Shown here: positions 14,068 through 27,543 of the stretch, one piece after another
How positions within the stretch are numbered: position 1 is the stretch's first letter
Layout of the letters: every line of letters starts with the position of its first letter
DNA from: the human T2T-CHM13v2.0 reference genome, Homo sapiens
Direction: 5' to 3' (one strand)
Length of the DNA stretch: 64,000 nt
Assembly (NCBI RefSeq): GCF_009914755.1
Contig: NC_060940.1
Made by a program: the position numbers and the translations under genes
The notes under the pieces: model-generated
Told to the model about the DNA's origin: nothing
Databases searched by the model: none
Seen by the model: only the letters and a program-made list of their open reading frames with translations

Positions 14068-14614
14068 TGCTCTCTCATCTTTCTTCTTCCTTTCTCTGTT
14101 CTCACACAGAAGAGCTGTTTCAGCCCCTCTTTCCTCAAGCTACCTACTGCTCTTCCTCCATCCTTGCTTTCTCTTATCTTTTTCTTGTCCTCTCACCACT
14201 CCTTTCATTTTTTCCATTACAGAATTCTCCCAAAAAACTGGCAAGGCAGGGCCTTCCTTTAAGTTTTGGAAAATGGAGAAAAAATGAGTTTCACTTGCAA
14301 GGAAAGTTTGGAAACACAAGTGTAATAACACCGTTGTATCTTATCATATGTCTGTGTCTCCCATCTACCAGGTCTGTTGCTGGGTCTCTGCTTATGTCTA
14401 CCTCTGCATCACATCTCCACCACGATATGGGTGTTAATCTATTGTTCTTTTTTTCTGCATTTCCCCATTTCTTCCTCACCTATCTCCTACTCCTGCCCCC
14501 AACCAAATTGATAATCAGCTCACTGTCCATGGCCTTGAGTGGAGATATGATAGGAAGAAAACTGATGTTGTCACCCCTACACTTTCTTCCTGGCTTTTGT
14601 ATTCAAAAGATGAA

Positions 14615-14887
14615 GCCCGGCATCATGGTGGCTCATGCCTGCAATCCCACACGTTGTGAGGACAAGATGGGAAGATCGCTTGAGCCCAGGTGTTTGAGAC
14701 CCCGTCTCTACCAAAAAATTGAAAAAATTAGCTGGGTGTGGTGGTGCACATCTGTGGTCTCAGCTACTCTGGAGGCTGAGGTGGGAGGATTGCTCAAGGC
14801 TGAAGCTGCAGTGAGTTGTGATCATGACTGCACTCCAGCCTGGGCAACAGAGTGAGATCCTATCTCAAAAAAAAGAAAATAAAAAAA
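14615..14887 (+). mobile_element. AluJ with small internal deletions
   Basis: gatcgcttgagcccagg...ggaggattgctcaaggctgaagctgcagtgag. TSD aaaagatgaa(g/a)cc. Confidence 0.9.
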
Positions 14888-15196
14888 GATGAAACCATAG
14901 AAAAGACAATTATTTTGGATATGAAGTAGCATCATGGGAGGAGTGTGGGTCCCCTCCTCATAACCCTGGAAAGAGGTTTTCTACCTTCAACCCATCAGTT
15001 GGGAGATGAGTGAAGAGGGTTGACAGAGAGATCTCTGGGTACAGAAGGGAGGTGACCCAGGCTACACTTCCTAGACTCATGAACGGGAACCCATAAAATC
15101 ACAAGAAAGCGGCAATGTGGTGGTTCTAGGCAAATGGGACTCCAGACAGCATTAAAAACAAAAAAAACAGAACAAAAAAAACAACGTCTGGCGGAT

Positions 15197-15416
15197 GCCT
15201 GGGTGCAGTGGCTCATGCCTGCAATTCCAGCACCTTAGGAGGCTGACGCAGATGGATTGCTCGAGCCCAGGAGTTCAAGACCAGCCTGGTCAACATGGTG
15301 AGACCCTGTCCATACAAAAAAATACAAAAATTGGCTGGGCATGGTGGCATGAGATTGTGTCACTGCACTCCAGCCTGGGTGATGGAGTGAGACTCTGCCT
15401 CAAAAAAAAAAAAAAA
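15197..15416 (+). mobile_element. Alu (J-like) with about 80 bp missing from the right arm
   Basis: gggcatggtggcat is joined directly to gagattgtgtcactgcactccagcc. Poly-A tail present. Confidence 0.9.
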
Positions 15417-15426
15417 TGTATGGTGT

Positions 15427-15610
15427 TAAGCTTGATAATGAAGCAGAGAGCTGTTGAGGCTGCAGGGCAATAGTAAAACATCCATACTGGCTGGAAAGAT
15501 TGCTGGAGTCTACAGCATCTTACCCCCAAACTCCTTGCACTGTGACATTAGACCTCAGGGAGAAATAGTGATTCTTTTTTCTCCCACTATACCCTGCAAA
15601 ATAGAGACTT
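15427..15610 (+). repeat. Local direct duplication, copy 2
   Basis: About 90% identical by eye to 13039-13242. Confidence 0.92.
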
Positions 15611-15652
15611 AGGATAAGAACTGAAGTTGTTTTACAGGAAGATGAAGAATAT

Positions 15653-15654
<2 letters not shown>

Positions 15655-15688
<34 letters not shown>

Positions 15689-15789
15689 ATATGTATATAT
15701 TATATATATGTATATGTATATATTATATATATGTATATGTATATCTTATATATATATATATATAAAATCACATATCACACACACACACA
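15655..15789 (+). repeat. Compound (TG)n-(TA)n-(CA)n microsatellite
   Basis: gtgtgtgt...tatatata...cacacacacac. Confidence 0.95.
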
Positions 15790-16369
15790 ATTTGGACTCT
15801 CATGTTTGAATGCTGTAATTCATGCCTGATTCATTGCATCATTACCTATAACAATATGTATATTGATATGGGTATGGTTAAATTAAGTGCCCTTCAACTT
15901 TGCACAGTCCATTCTCAGGGCATCCCTTGTAGATCCACATAGCAACTGACGTTCCTTACTTATTAGAAGCAAAAGGGAGGATTGAGCATACTTGTCCACA
16001 TCTTTACCTCTTCTTTCTTCCTTATGCCTGTCACTCTATACTCTCATTTCTGTTCTGCCATCTTGAACTTCCTCCAGTGCTTCCTGCATGCTAGGCTTTC
16101 TCTCACACAGAGCTTGCACACCTGTTGTTACTGATGTCTAGAACTGCTTCCATACTCCCCTCCCACATTCTCTAAACAATACGCACTTTTTTGCCTGAAT
16201 AGTTTTTGCATGTCCTTCAAGCCACAGTTCAGAGGTCATTTTCCATGTTTTAGGAAAATTCATTTGACCACTATTTTCCAAACTTGACGTATTTCCAGCA
16301 CCTAAATAGTTCACCTAAAATGTACTACAGCTTAATAAATATTTGGTGAATGAGAGAACATTGAAATGA

Positions 16370-16655
16370 ATCAATGGGTGGATAAATGAATAAGTGAGTG
16401 AATACATGCATGGGTAGATTAGTGATGAAACGATGGATGGATGACTGGATGAATAGATGGATGGATGCATGGATGAATGAATGGATGAATGGATGGATGG
16501 ATGGATGGATGGATGGATGGATGGATGGATGGATGAATGGATGAATGGATGGATGGATGGATGGACGGATGGACAGATGAATGGATGGATGGATGGACGG
16601 ATGGATGGATGAATGGATGAATGGATGGATGGAAGAATGGATGGATGAGTGAATG
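16370..16655 (+). repeat. (TGGA)n/(TGAA)n simple repeat following an L2 3' end
   Basis: Runs of ggatggatggat after the L2 terminus ttaataaatatttggtgaatg. Confidence 0.95.
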
Positions 16656-17039
16656 ATGTTTGGCATTTCTAACCTCTCATGTCTTAGTGATAAATATAAG
16701 TAAAAAATATTCACTGCTCTTCAACTTCTTTGAGTCCATCATGCTGGTCAAGCATTTCCATATCCTTCATCTTGGTGTCAAAGCATTGAAATAACAGGTG
16801 GCAACATTTGCTTTTTAAAATCGAATATACTTTTGAGCTGCCAGAGGTGAGATTATTAAATGGGAAGCATAAATCTCTTCTTTAGTTTTTATACATTAGC
16901 ACTGGCCGTCAGAATAGGGCACTTTCACTGGCTTGTGGGGACAGGTTGCTTGGCTTCCCAGATATCCAAGGGCAATGAAAGTCATTCATTCATTTATTCC
17001 TATCTTCATTCATTTTTTCAATAAGTCTTTCAATATAGC

Positions 17040-17300
17040 TTGGTAATCAAGAGAAAGAATTTTGAGATTTTAATAATACCTAATTCTGATTCTGTTTGCC
17101 AGTTAGTAACTGTGCATCTCTGGGACAGTTATGTATCTTTTCTGAGCCACACCTCGTTCCTGTATAAAGCGGGGCTCATGTATAAAAAAAGTATTTAACT
17201 GTAGGGTTGTTTTAAGCATTATATGAGTTAATAAATGTGAAGCATTTTGGACAGCGCCTGGTACAGAGTCAATGGTCAACAAATGTTAGCTCTTATTATA
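17040..17300 (+). mobile_element. MIR SINE
   Basis: gtaactgtgcatctctgggacagttatgtatcttttctgagcc...cagcgcctggtacagagtcaatggtcaacaaatgttagctcttattat. Confidence 0.7.
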
Positions 17301-17829
17301 AATTTCCTCATATGTGAATTCCTCCTGTCCTCAAATGTTTATTGAACTCATTGAGTAGCAGACTCTGAGCTGAGTAAAGTATGCTTTCTACCTTTTAAGA
17401 CCTCACTGTCAGTTGATTTGACGGAGGCATGGGTCAGTTATTAGGAACTCTCTGACAGATTTAATGCTGGAGTATAGAAAATAGCAAGACCACCCTGCCT
17501 CATAGAGAGAAGGACTCCTCCTCTCTATGAGGAGCTGGGTGGTATAGCTGGGGACAGCTAAAAAGCTCTGGTCAAATTATGTAGGGAAGGCCATGCTGGG
17601 ATTATCAAAATGTTTTAAGCTAGGAACCTGATAAGACTGGATTCCTCTCCTAAAACTTCCTTGGCAGCAGGGTGGAGGAAAAAATAAAGACAGGTGGGAT
17701 TGCAAAAAAATTAGATAGGGGCGGAGGGTGGGGCAGGTGTTAAACAGGTCAGGTGTGAAAAGAGGGGGTTCTGCATTGAGGAAGAAGGTGGATGCAGCAG
17801 AGGGAACATGTTGGGAGGACTCTCTAATA

Positions 17830-17990
17830 CCTTGTTTCTCAAAGAGTGGAGTTGGACTAGCAGCACTGGGGTTACCTGAGAGCTTGTGAAATTGTGCAGA
17901 CCTTCAGACTCCACCTGAGACTTCCTGGATCTACATATCAGCAAGATCCCTGGGTGATTTGTATGGGCATGAAGGCTCGTGAAAGACAGC
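17830..17990. mobile_element. MER5-family hAT relic
   Basis: tttctcaaagagtgg...cagcactggggttacctgagagcttgtgaaa...caagatccctgggtgatttgtatgggcatgaagg. Confidence 0.65.
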
Positions 17991-19293
17991 ACACAGACTC
18001 AGTAGGATTTGGTAGCCACCTGGATGTGAGGTGAAAGGGAAAATAATTAATCAGGAACTAGAATGTCCACAAAATCAAACACACATACTAGACTTTCCTT
18101 TTTGAGAAATGGGGGAAGGCTATATACCTCATTCATGATTTTTGTTCCTTGGTATTAATTTAGGATTAGTGTTATGAAAGAGAGACAAACCCTTGGTTTC
18201 TCCTTGAGCCCCTTGGGGTGACAGCTCCAGAGGCTTCACGCATGTATCTTTGCGCATCAGGGCAGGTTTCATTCCTTTATCACCAAAGCCATAGCTGAGT
18301 GTTTATGGCTGAGTTATAAATCCCCAGAACATGGATTTCTTCCTGGAAGTGCTGAGTCAACCTTAACTTTAGCAGTGCAAATGGTGCCACAGTAAAACAT
18401 ATATATCAAAGTGGTGGCGACTGTAAAGGTCTTTTAAAATTGAGTTGACGTTGCAGCATGTTTCGTTGAGATAAGGTGAGGATTTACGTTCATAAATAGA
18501 ATCTTGAAGCCTGAGAGGCATAATTGGCAATTTGGGGTGTTGAGATTTGGGGATCTTTTGTCCTTGATCCTAACTGAAGACTTCCTTCTCTTTGTGGGAG
18601 GCAGTCTCACTTTTTCACTTTTAATCTGGCTTTGTATACAGAGATGAAGTAATTTTGAGGACCCTCCTTCATAAGTTCTCCTGAAAAGTGCTTTTCAAGC
18701 AAATTCAATTAAACATTATTTTTTATTCTTACCCTATGTATCTAGAATACAAAATGAATAAGAAATTCTACCCTGAGTGGACTTTCATTTGCTCATTCAT
18801 TAAAAAATAATATTTTAAATGCTTATTACATGCCTGGCACTAATTCCAGGATCCAGGATGCTGGGTTAGAGCAGTAACCATGAGAAAGTCCCTGCCCTCA
18901 AAAAGCTTATATTCCACTGAGGGAAGAAAGTCAATAAAACAGGTAAGCAGATAAATATAAAATATAATGCTGCAAAATAAATGCTGAAATAGAGAGATTT
19001 CTTGTGGGGTCATGAAAGGAAACATTTATACCTGTTTAAGATAATCAGGAAAATAGGACAGACAGAACACACTAGAACTTAGTGTTGATAACTAGTTTGC
19101 TGAGCAAATTCATGAAGGTGTGAAAATACAAGACATGTATATGCCAACGTGGCTGGTATCTAGGAAGCATGTTTGGAAATAGCGCTTAAGGAAGGTAAAA
19201 TTAAGTGGATTCCTAATAAACTGCCAACAATTTTAGATTTCAAGCAATAGAGAGACAGGATAAGATGCCTGTCTTGATTAAAGATTATGCTGG

Positions 19294-19603
19294 GGCTGGG
19301 TGCAGTGGCTCACACCTGTAATCCTAGTGCTTTGAGAAGCCTAGGCAGGAGAATTGCTTGAGGCCAAGAGCTTGAGACCAACTTGGGCAACATAGCAAGA
19401 CCCTATCTCTATAAAAATGTTTTAAAAATTAGACAGGCATGGTGGCACATGCCTGTAGTCCTAGCGACTAGAGAGGTAGAGGCACAAACTCACTTGAGCT
19501 CGTGAGTTTGTGGTTACAGTGAGCTATGATGGCACCACTGCACTCCAGCCTGGGTGACAGAGTGAGACCTGTCTCTAAAAATATTAAAATTAAAATAAAA
19601 AAA
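19294..19603 (+). mobile_element. AluJ (Jo-like)
   Basis: ggctgggtgcagtggctcacacc...gaggccaagagcttgagaccaacttgggcaacatagcaagaccc...ttacagtgagctatgat. Confidence 0.92.
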
Positions 19604-21459
19604 GATACTTTGGCAGGTGAGAGACATGGGCATAGCCAAGACCATGATGGAAGAGATGAAAAGACTGAGACTTGATGGCTAATTCCAGGAGGGCTTCAGT
19701 AGGAAAGCTTAGTGATTAAATGGTGACAGGGACATGGGGAGGCGGGGTAGGGGAGTCAAAGGTATCTAGGTGTTGGACGTGTTACCTTTTTTTCCACATT
19801 AGAGGTCACCTTGATCATGACATTCCAGCCATGCACCTTGGAGCTTATAATTTTGTCTCTATCTATTTCTAAAAGATATAATCAAATGCAGGGAGTAAAG
19901 AAAGCTGAAGCTTCATCGATGACCCAGAGACTTAGCCGCCTGCCATGGCTGGACAGCTCAAAGCACACAAAGTGAAGTCAAAGGGGCAGCTCAGAGAAGG
20001 ACCCAAAGATACCCTTATCCTAACAGTCAATATTTACCCTGCTCAAAGTGCTTGATTAGGATTGTTCCTTCGGCACCCGGGCCCCCCAAAACACACACAC
20101 AGTGCACATGTTCTGCATTGCAAAGTGCGTATTTTTAATATTGATCTCTCCAAATCCAACAGGCTTCATTGATTTTCACAGAACCTGGAAGAAAGACTGT
20201 GATAAACCAAAGATGCGTACAGCTTCATCAGCCAAAAGGACATGACTTATTTTCCTCTTCCTTGAACTTTCCTTGGCTTCCTGGGAAGATAACTTATTTT
20301 TATTTCTCTCTTTATTTCTTTATTTTGTATCAGCCTGTATTAAAGCCCTATAAATAACCTTAGAGACACACGGAACAGATTCATTTAATTTTCCTTTAGT
20401 TATCCTAAGTCGGAACAGATGTGTGTTTGTGATAGAAGAGGGGAGGGGGAGAATGAATCATAGGTGTGGAGAGAGAGGTGAGAAACTGGCATCTGCAGTA
20501 GAATGTCTGGCTGATTTTCGGAGCTTGGAAAACAGCGCAGGCTCAGCCTGGCTGGGTCTGCTTGGCCCTAACGACATCTGCCACAGATGAGAACCTAAAA
20601 AGCCAAGATATGAAACAATGAGCAGGGAGGGATCAAAATCATGGAGTGATGTATTTTCTAGCAGCATCACCCATGAATTGCTGAGTCCATGAACTGACCC
20701 TTCCTTCCTTACATGCTTAAAAGATGTGGTGTTGAAGGTGGGGAGCAGACCAAAGATCAGAAATGTAGCTGTAGGATTCACAGAGTAAGGAGATCAGTTG
20801 GTTGATCCACAAGTCATGATTGAACATCTGTTGTATGCCCAGCCCTGTGCTGGAAGCCTGAGTTGTGTGGGACATGGTCCAGATCCTTACAAACAAGGCA
20901 TCTCACCCTAAAGGTGAGGTCGAATACTCTTTACATTGTCCAGTGAGGAATGACTGAGTGTCACATTTCAGGCATGAGGCTGGCTGGGGCATCAGGAATG
21001 AGCCAGGATGAGGACAAACCCTCAAGGTCAAGTGTAGATAGCTGTGAGTGTCCAGTGGGGGCATATCTTGCCTGCATGACATGAAACAATGTTCAATGGC
21101 AAGAGCGTGTTATCAGTTCAATGTCAGGAATCACAGCGCAGAAGCTGCAGGTGAGGTAGCAAAAGTTGTAAGGAGCAAATCCTTAGGAAAAGAAGCCTTA
21201 ACAACCAAGGAAGGCATCAGAGTCCAACCAGGTGGTCTTGGCAACAGAATGGAGTGCCTCTTTTGAAAGTTTTAAGGGAGAAAACGAGGACAGAAGTCCA
21301 TTTGGACAATACAGTGATGTTATAGAGATGTCCCTTGGTGCCCAGGGCTGTGCTGGGCACACAGCCTCACATTTCACATGAGTCCTTGCTCCATCATTGC
21401 TGGCTGAGGCTGATGGCATCATTCTGCCCTGGTCAGGATTTCACAATGATGGGGATTAC

Positions 21460-21915
<456 letters not shown>

Positions 21916-22229
21916 GGGAGCACAGGAGTCTTATCCAAAGAGATACAGTTGGGAGGAGCTAGGGAACATAGCCTGCCATCTACACATGGATATGTACTCC
22001 CCTGGGATGTAAGTAACCACTGGGGTGAATGTTTAACTGAGATCCAGCGGGTTTCTACTTGCGGTATCTCATTTAATGCTCACAACAACACTGCCAACTA
22101 GTCTTTATCGTGAGTCTCTTTGAACAAGTGTGCAAAATTAGGCAAATTGTCTTGCTTTATTTAATGAGATCCCTTGGCTTGTGAGGGTCAGTACAGGCTC
22201 AGATATCAAGATTCTAAATAAAGATGATT

Positions 22230-22406
22230 ATTTTTTGTTTGTTAGTTTAGTTTAGTTTTGTTTTTTAGAGGAGTCTTGCTGTATTGCCCAGGCTGGAGTG
22301 CAATGGCTTGATCATATCTCACTGCAGCCTTGAACTCCTGGGCCAAAGTGATCCTCCCCACTTGGCCTCCTTAAATACTGGGATTTCAGGCAGGAGCCAC
22401 TGTACC
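22230..22406 (-). mobile_element. Alu monomer (FRAM/AluJ-like)
   Basis: Single arm gtcttgctgtattgcccaggctggagtgcaatgg...gcagccttgaactcctggg...gagccactgtacc. Confidence 0.85.
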
Positions 22407-22595
22407 AAAGATGTGCACTGGCCAAAGATGCCAGCTGAAGGCATCAATCAGATATAGCTGATGCAACAATAGGCTTGAATGTGATTCCGACACTTGATTG
22501 TCTCATCTGTAAAATGGGATCTCATGTAGATTAAAGGACACAAAGAACCATGTATTTTGCACAGGGCTTATGCTCTAAAAACGTTGGTTATTTGG

Positions 22596-23180
<585 letters not shown>

Positions 23181-23790
23181 TGTTATAGAATATTATTATG
23201 GTAATGTTATTGCTAAGAAGGCACAGCAGGAGGTCAGACGGGACAGCCTAGGAAGGAGTATAGATAAGGCTTCATTCTATCCCAGGAGCTTCGTTTGACT
23301 CACAAACAAATGGCAAATAGTGTTCAGGCCCTGCCCAGTCTGAAAGGCTTATCTCACCAGAATGGAGAATAAAACAAAATAATTGTAAGTAACTTAATGT
23401 CTGGTAATATTGGACTCTTTGGCAATGGAGCTGTAAGGGCCAATAAATAGTGACGTTGCTGCAGTTTATTGTATTGAGAAATATGAAGACATTCCCTCAG
23501 AGGCCCCAAAAATTGCAGAATGAATCTCTCTGAGGCCGAGTCAACCAGATAAGTGTTATCAGTCCAGGAAGGCTGCTCCATCCTGGGTGATTCTTATGCC
23601 TGATATTACCTTAAGCTGTCACAAAAGTGGGCCCCCTTAGAGAGTGCCTGCCCATCCCTGTTTATTAACAGGTGCCTGCAGAAATGGAGTCTCTGCAGCA
23701 GGTGTTGAAAGAGGTGGTGGGAAAATCTGAGTGTCCTGACTGTGGGCCACTCAGTTTTCAGCATAGAGGCCAAGCCAGCCTGTCAGGTAA

Positions 23791-24190
<400 letters not shown>

Positions 24191-24699
24191 CGGATTTTGT
24201 TTTTGTTTTTGTTTGTTTTTCTCATGTCTCTGTTCACCTCTGTGTCCTCAGGGCTTGCCACATAGAAGGACTCAATAAATGTATTGAATAAGAGTGAGTG
24301 AATGAGTGAATGATAGAGACACCTGTCTAAATGCAGCACGGAACAGGAAAAAGATGGGGTTTGGGTAAAGCAAGATCCAGCTTTCTTAGAGACCAGAAAG
24401 CGTGTGGAGGCCTTGGCTAAGAGACCTGCTGATTTAGAAAGTCTCAAGTCCATCTGGAAAAGATAGCAGTAGTTGAAGAAAGGAGATAAAGCCCATCTGT
24501 GTTCTTAGTAACAGGCTCAGAAGGGGCAGAAGTGTGTGTAGAGATAGTCATAATTAGGATATTGTCCATTTCTCCATGGTAAAACCCTCTTGGGTCTGGA
24601 ATCTACCAATATCCTCAGGTCTTGCTCACTCTTGTCCCCGGCATCTCAAGGCTCAGCTATGAATTCGTTATGCTCTCGCTACCATCTTTGGGTCTTCAA

Positions 24700-24781
24700 T
24701 GACTGTGTTCCCTCATCCTAGAAGACTTTTTACCTCATTTTGACTGTGTTCTCTCATCCTGGAAGACTTTTTACCCCATTT
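24700..24781 (+). repeat. Tandem duplication, 2 x 41 bp
   Basis: tgactgtgttc(c/t)ctcatcct(a/g)gaagactttttacc(t/c)cattt occurs twice. Confidence 0.9.
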
Positions 24782-24844
24782 CTGCTGGCTAACCCTTATT
24801 CACTCTTCACTCCCAAGCTAAAATGTCACTCCTTCGAGGAGGAA

Positions 24845-24900
24845 GGCTGAGTCAGCAGGAGCACTGTCCCTGCCCCACACACCTGCCTGCTGACTCAGGA
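24845..24900. promoter_or_regulatory. Candidate paired MARE/ARE (Maf/NRF2/BACH/AP-1) sites
   Basis: GGCTGAGTCAGCA at 24845-24857 and TGCTGACTCAGGA at 24888-24900, each 12/13 to TGCTGA(C/G)TCAGCA. Motif match only. Confidence 0.4.
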
Positions 24901-25589
24901 TCTCAAGCCTTTCTGAGGTTATTTCTTCATTTACCGACTTCCTCCCCAGAACATCAGCCCCAGTGAAAGTAGGAACCAGGTCTACTTTCTTTATCACTGC
25001 ATCCTCACTGCCAATTTCTGTGCTTCCTTACATAGTAAGCTCTAGTGGAATTGGACAGCGTGAGTCCTGGGTCGGCTTAATTCTGAACACCACTGACTGC
25101 GGTTGCTGAAGATGTTAACATACCCCTGTGGCTGGCCTGGAACCAACGCTGACCTTAACTGTCTGGAGAAGGACATAGTGTTTCTATCTGGCAGGAACTG
25201 GGGAAGCATGGGCAGATAGATAATTCATCTGTTTAGCCATAATACATTGGGTATCTGCTATGTGTCAGTTCTGTTTTGGTGCCAGTGATAGAAAGATGAA
25301 TAAAATGACATCCTTCCCCAAATCAGAATCACAAAGTGGAGGGAAAGGCAGATGCACAAACAAGATGATTATTTGATAGTAGATAATCTGTGAATGGGGG
25401 TCTATTTGGGAGGTTCTGGGAGTGTAAAAGATGCGACAACTTGCGCTGTTTACGATAGTGTTTCTCAAGCTTTGGTGAGCGAATGGAGCCTTGGGATCCG
25501 TAGAAAGGCAGATTCTGATGGGGTTGGTCCAGGGCAGGGCCTGATTCTGCTCTTCTGATAAATTCCCGGATACTGATGCTGTTGATTAA

Positions 25590-25932
25590 TGCTGTGGCTG
25601 AATGTTTGTGTTCATATGCTGAAACTCATGTGCTGAAACCTAACCCCCCCGGGGATGGTTAAGAGATGAGGCTTTTGGGAGGCTATTAGGTCACAAGGGC
25701 AGAGCCCCCATGAATGGGATTCGTGCCCTTTTATGAAAGCCTGAGGGAGCCTGTGCACCCCTTCCACCACCTGAGGACACAGTGAGAAGCCACTATCCAG
25801 AAAGCAGAGAGCAGGGAGTCTACCTTGATCTTGGACTTCTTGGCCTCCAAAACTGTGAGAAATCTGTGTGTGTTGTTTATTAGCCACACAGTTTATGGCC
25901 TTTGGTTATAGCAGCTCCAGTGGACTAAAGCA
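25590..25932 (+). mobile_element. MLT1A/MSTD-like solo LTR inserted in a MER5 relic (~25455-25962)
   Basis: tgctgtggctgaatgtttgtg...ggctattaggtcacaagggcagagcccccatgaatgggatt...ccttgatcttggacttc...gttatagcagc. Confidence 0.85.
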
Positions 25933-26084
25933 TTCCATGAAACCCAGTTTGAGTAGTGAAGGTTTTTAGAAAGGTTTCAAAGAAGGTGACATGTTAACTC
26001 TTGAAAGGTGAATAGTGTTTTGCAGGGTAGAGAAGAAAGGAAGGGTTACTAGGTTGAGAGAAAATGGAATGCAAAGGCAGAGAG

Positions 26085-27068
26085 CATGTGTGTGTGTAGT
26101 GTGGTGTATGTGTATATGTAAGTAATGTGGTAGATGTGTGTGTGTATGTGTGGGGTGTATGTGGATGTGGAGGGAGGGTGTATATGTGTGGGGTGTGTGT
26201 GCACGGGGGAGGTGTATGTATGTGGATGTGGAGGGAGGGTGTGTGTGGGGGTGTGTGTGGGGTATAGTATATTTGTGGAGTGTATGTGTGTGCATATGTA
26301 TGTAGGGAGAGGCTATGTGTGTGTGTGGTGTGTGTGTAAGTGATGTGGTAGATGTGTATGTGGTGTGTGTGTGCAGGGAGGTGTATGTGTGTGTATGTGG
26401 ATGTGGAGGGAGCATGTGTATGTGTGTGTGGGGTGTGTGTGTGCACGGAGTGTGTGTGTGGGGGTATGATATATGTGTGTGTATGTGTATGTAGGGAGAG
26501 GGTATATGTGTGTGGTGTTTGTATGTGTTGTGATGTGTGTATGTGGGGTGGTGTGGAGGGTATGGTGTGTGTGTGGAGTGTGTGTGTGTAGGGTGTGGTG
26601 TGTGTAAGGGGTATGTAAGTGATGTGGTATATGTGTGTGTGCATGTGTGGGGTGTGTGTGGGTAGGGTGTGCACGTATATGTGTATGTATGTGTGTATAG
26701 GGGTATATGTGGTGTGATGTATGTATGTGGGGTGTGTATGTTTATGGGGCTGGATGTGATGTTTTTATAGGGAATATGTGTATGAGGCTTGTAGAATGTG
26801 CGAGTTATGTGTAGGGTGTGTACATGGTGTGGCGTGTTGTGTGTTCATGTTAGTGGGGTGTGTAAGCAATGTACATGTGTGGGGGGAGGCAGGGGAGGTG
26901 CGGTGTGCATGTATATGTGTGTATGTGTGTGGGTGTATGTTTATGTGGTTGGATGTGGTGTCTGTGGGGAGTATGTGTATGGTGTGTGTAGGGTGTGTGG
27001 GGTGTGTGTGGTGTGTGTGTGTGTGTGCACGTGTGTGGGTGTGTGGACTTTGTGTGCTTCTGTGTGTG
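26085..27068 (+). repeat. ~1-kb degenerate TG/G-rich low-complexity tract
   Basis: gtgtgt, gggtgt and gtatgt throughout, with very few C on the + strand. Recurring sub-blocks gtatgtggatgtggagggag and gtaagt(a/g)atgtggta. Confidence 0.95.
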
Positions 27069-27327
27069 AAAGCACCTGCAGAAGTCCTGTGCTACTGGTC
27101 TTAGCCAGAGGGAGATGAGAGCTGAAAGGCAGCGGAGGGCGGGTCTGGAGCTTGGAGCCTGCTGTGCTTGAGGGATTCTCACCCCTCTGTGAGAAACAGG
27201 GAGCCCTGGAGGCTCATGAAGGAAATCATCTAAAGGAGTATGTTTTGGAAAGATCATTTTATTGATAGGCTGAGAGTAATTTGCTTTTTAAAAGATACAA
27301 TTAAAAAAAAAAGACACTCTCTCTAAA

Positions 27328-27543
27328 ACGGGTTTCTGAACCTTAGCACCATCGACATTTCACCAGGAAATCTTAGTTATGCGGGCTGCGCTGTGCATTG
27401 AGACAGGTTTAGTAGCCTCTACCGGTTGGATGCCAGTGGCATTCACTCAGGTCCCTGATCGCCAGTCGTGACAACCAATAACGACTCCAGATGTGGCCAC
27501 ATGTCTGCTGGGGCACAGGATTGCTGGCAGTGGAGGACCAGTG
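27328..27543. mobile_element. MER20 hAT-Charlie relic
   Basis: tttctgaaccttagcaccatcgacattt...ctgtgcattg...ggatgccagtggc...gtcgtgacaaccaataacgactccagatgtggccacatgtc...gaggaccagtg. Confidence 0.85.

Noticed and set aside
13615-14855. Long ORFs (215 aa and 281 aa)
   Set aside because: They run through Alu sequence and pyrimidine-rich low-complexity DNA, give typical Alu-derived peptides, and show no recognisable domain or exon structure.
16325-16714. 129-aa ORF with IHPS repeats
   Set aside because: Translation of the (TGGA)n microsatellite.
25966-27257. His/Thr/Pro-rich and Cys/Val-rich ORFs up to 226 aa
   Set aside because: These are translations of the TG/CA low-complexity tract.
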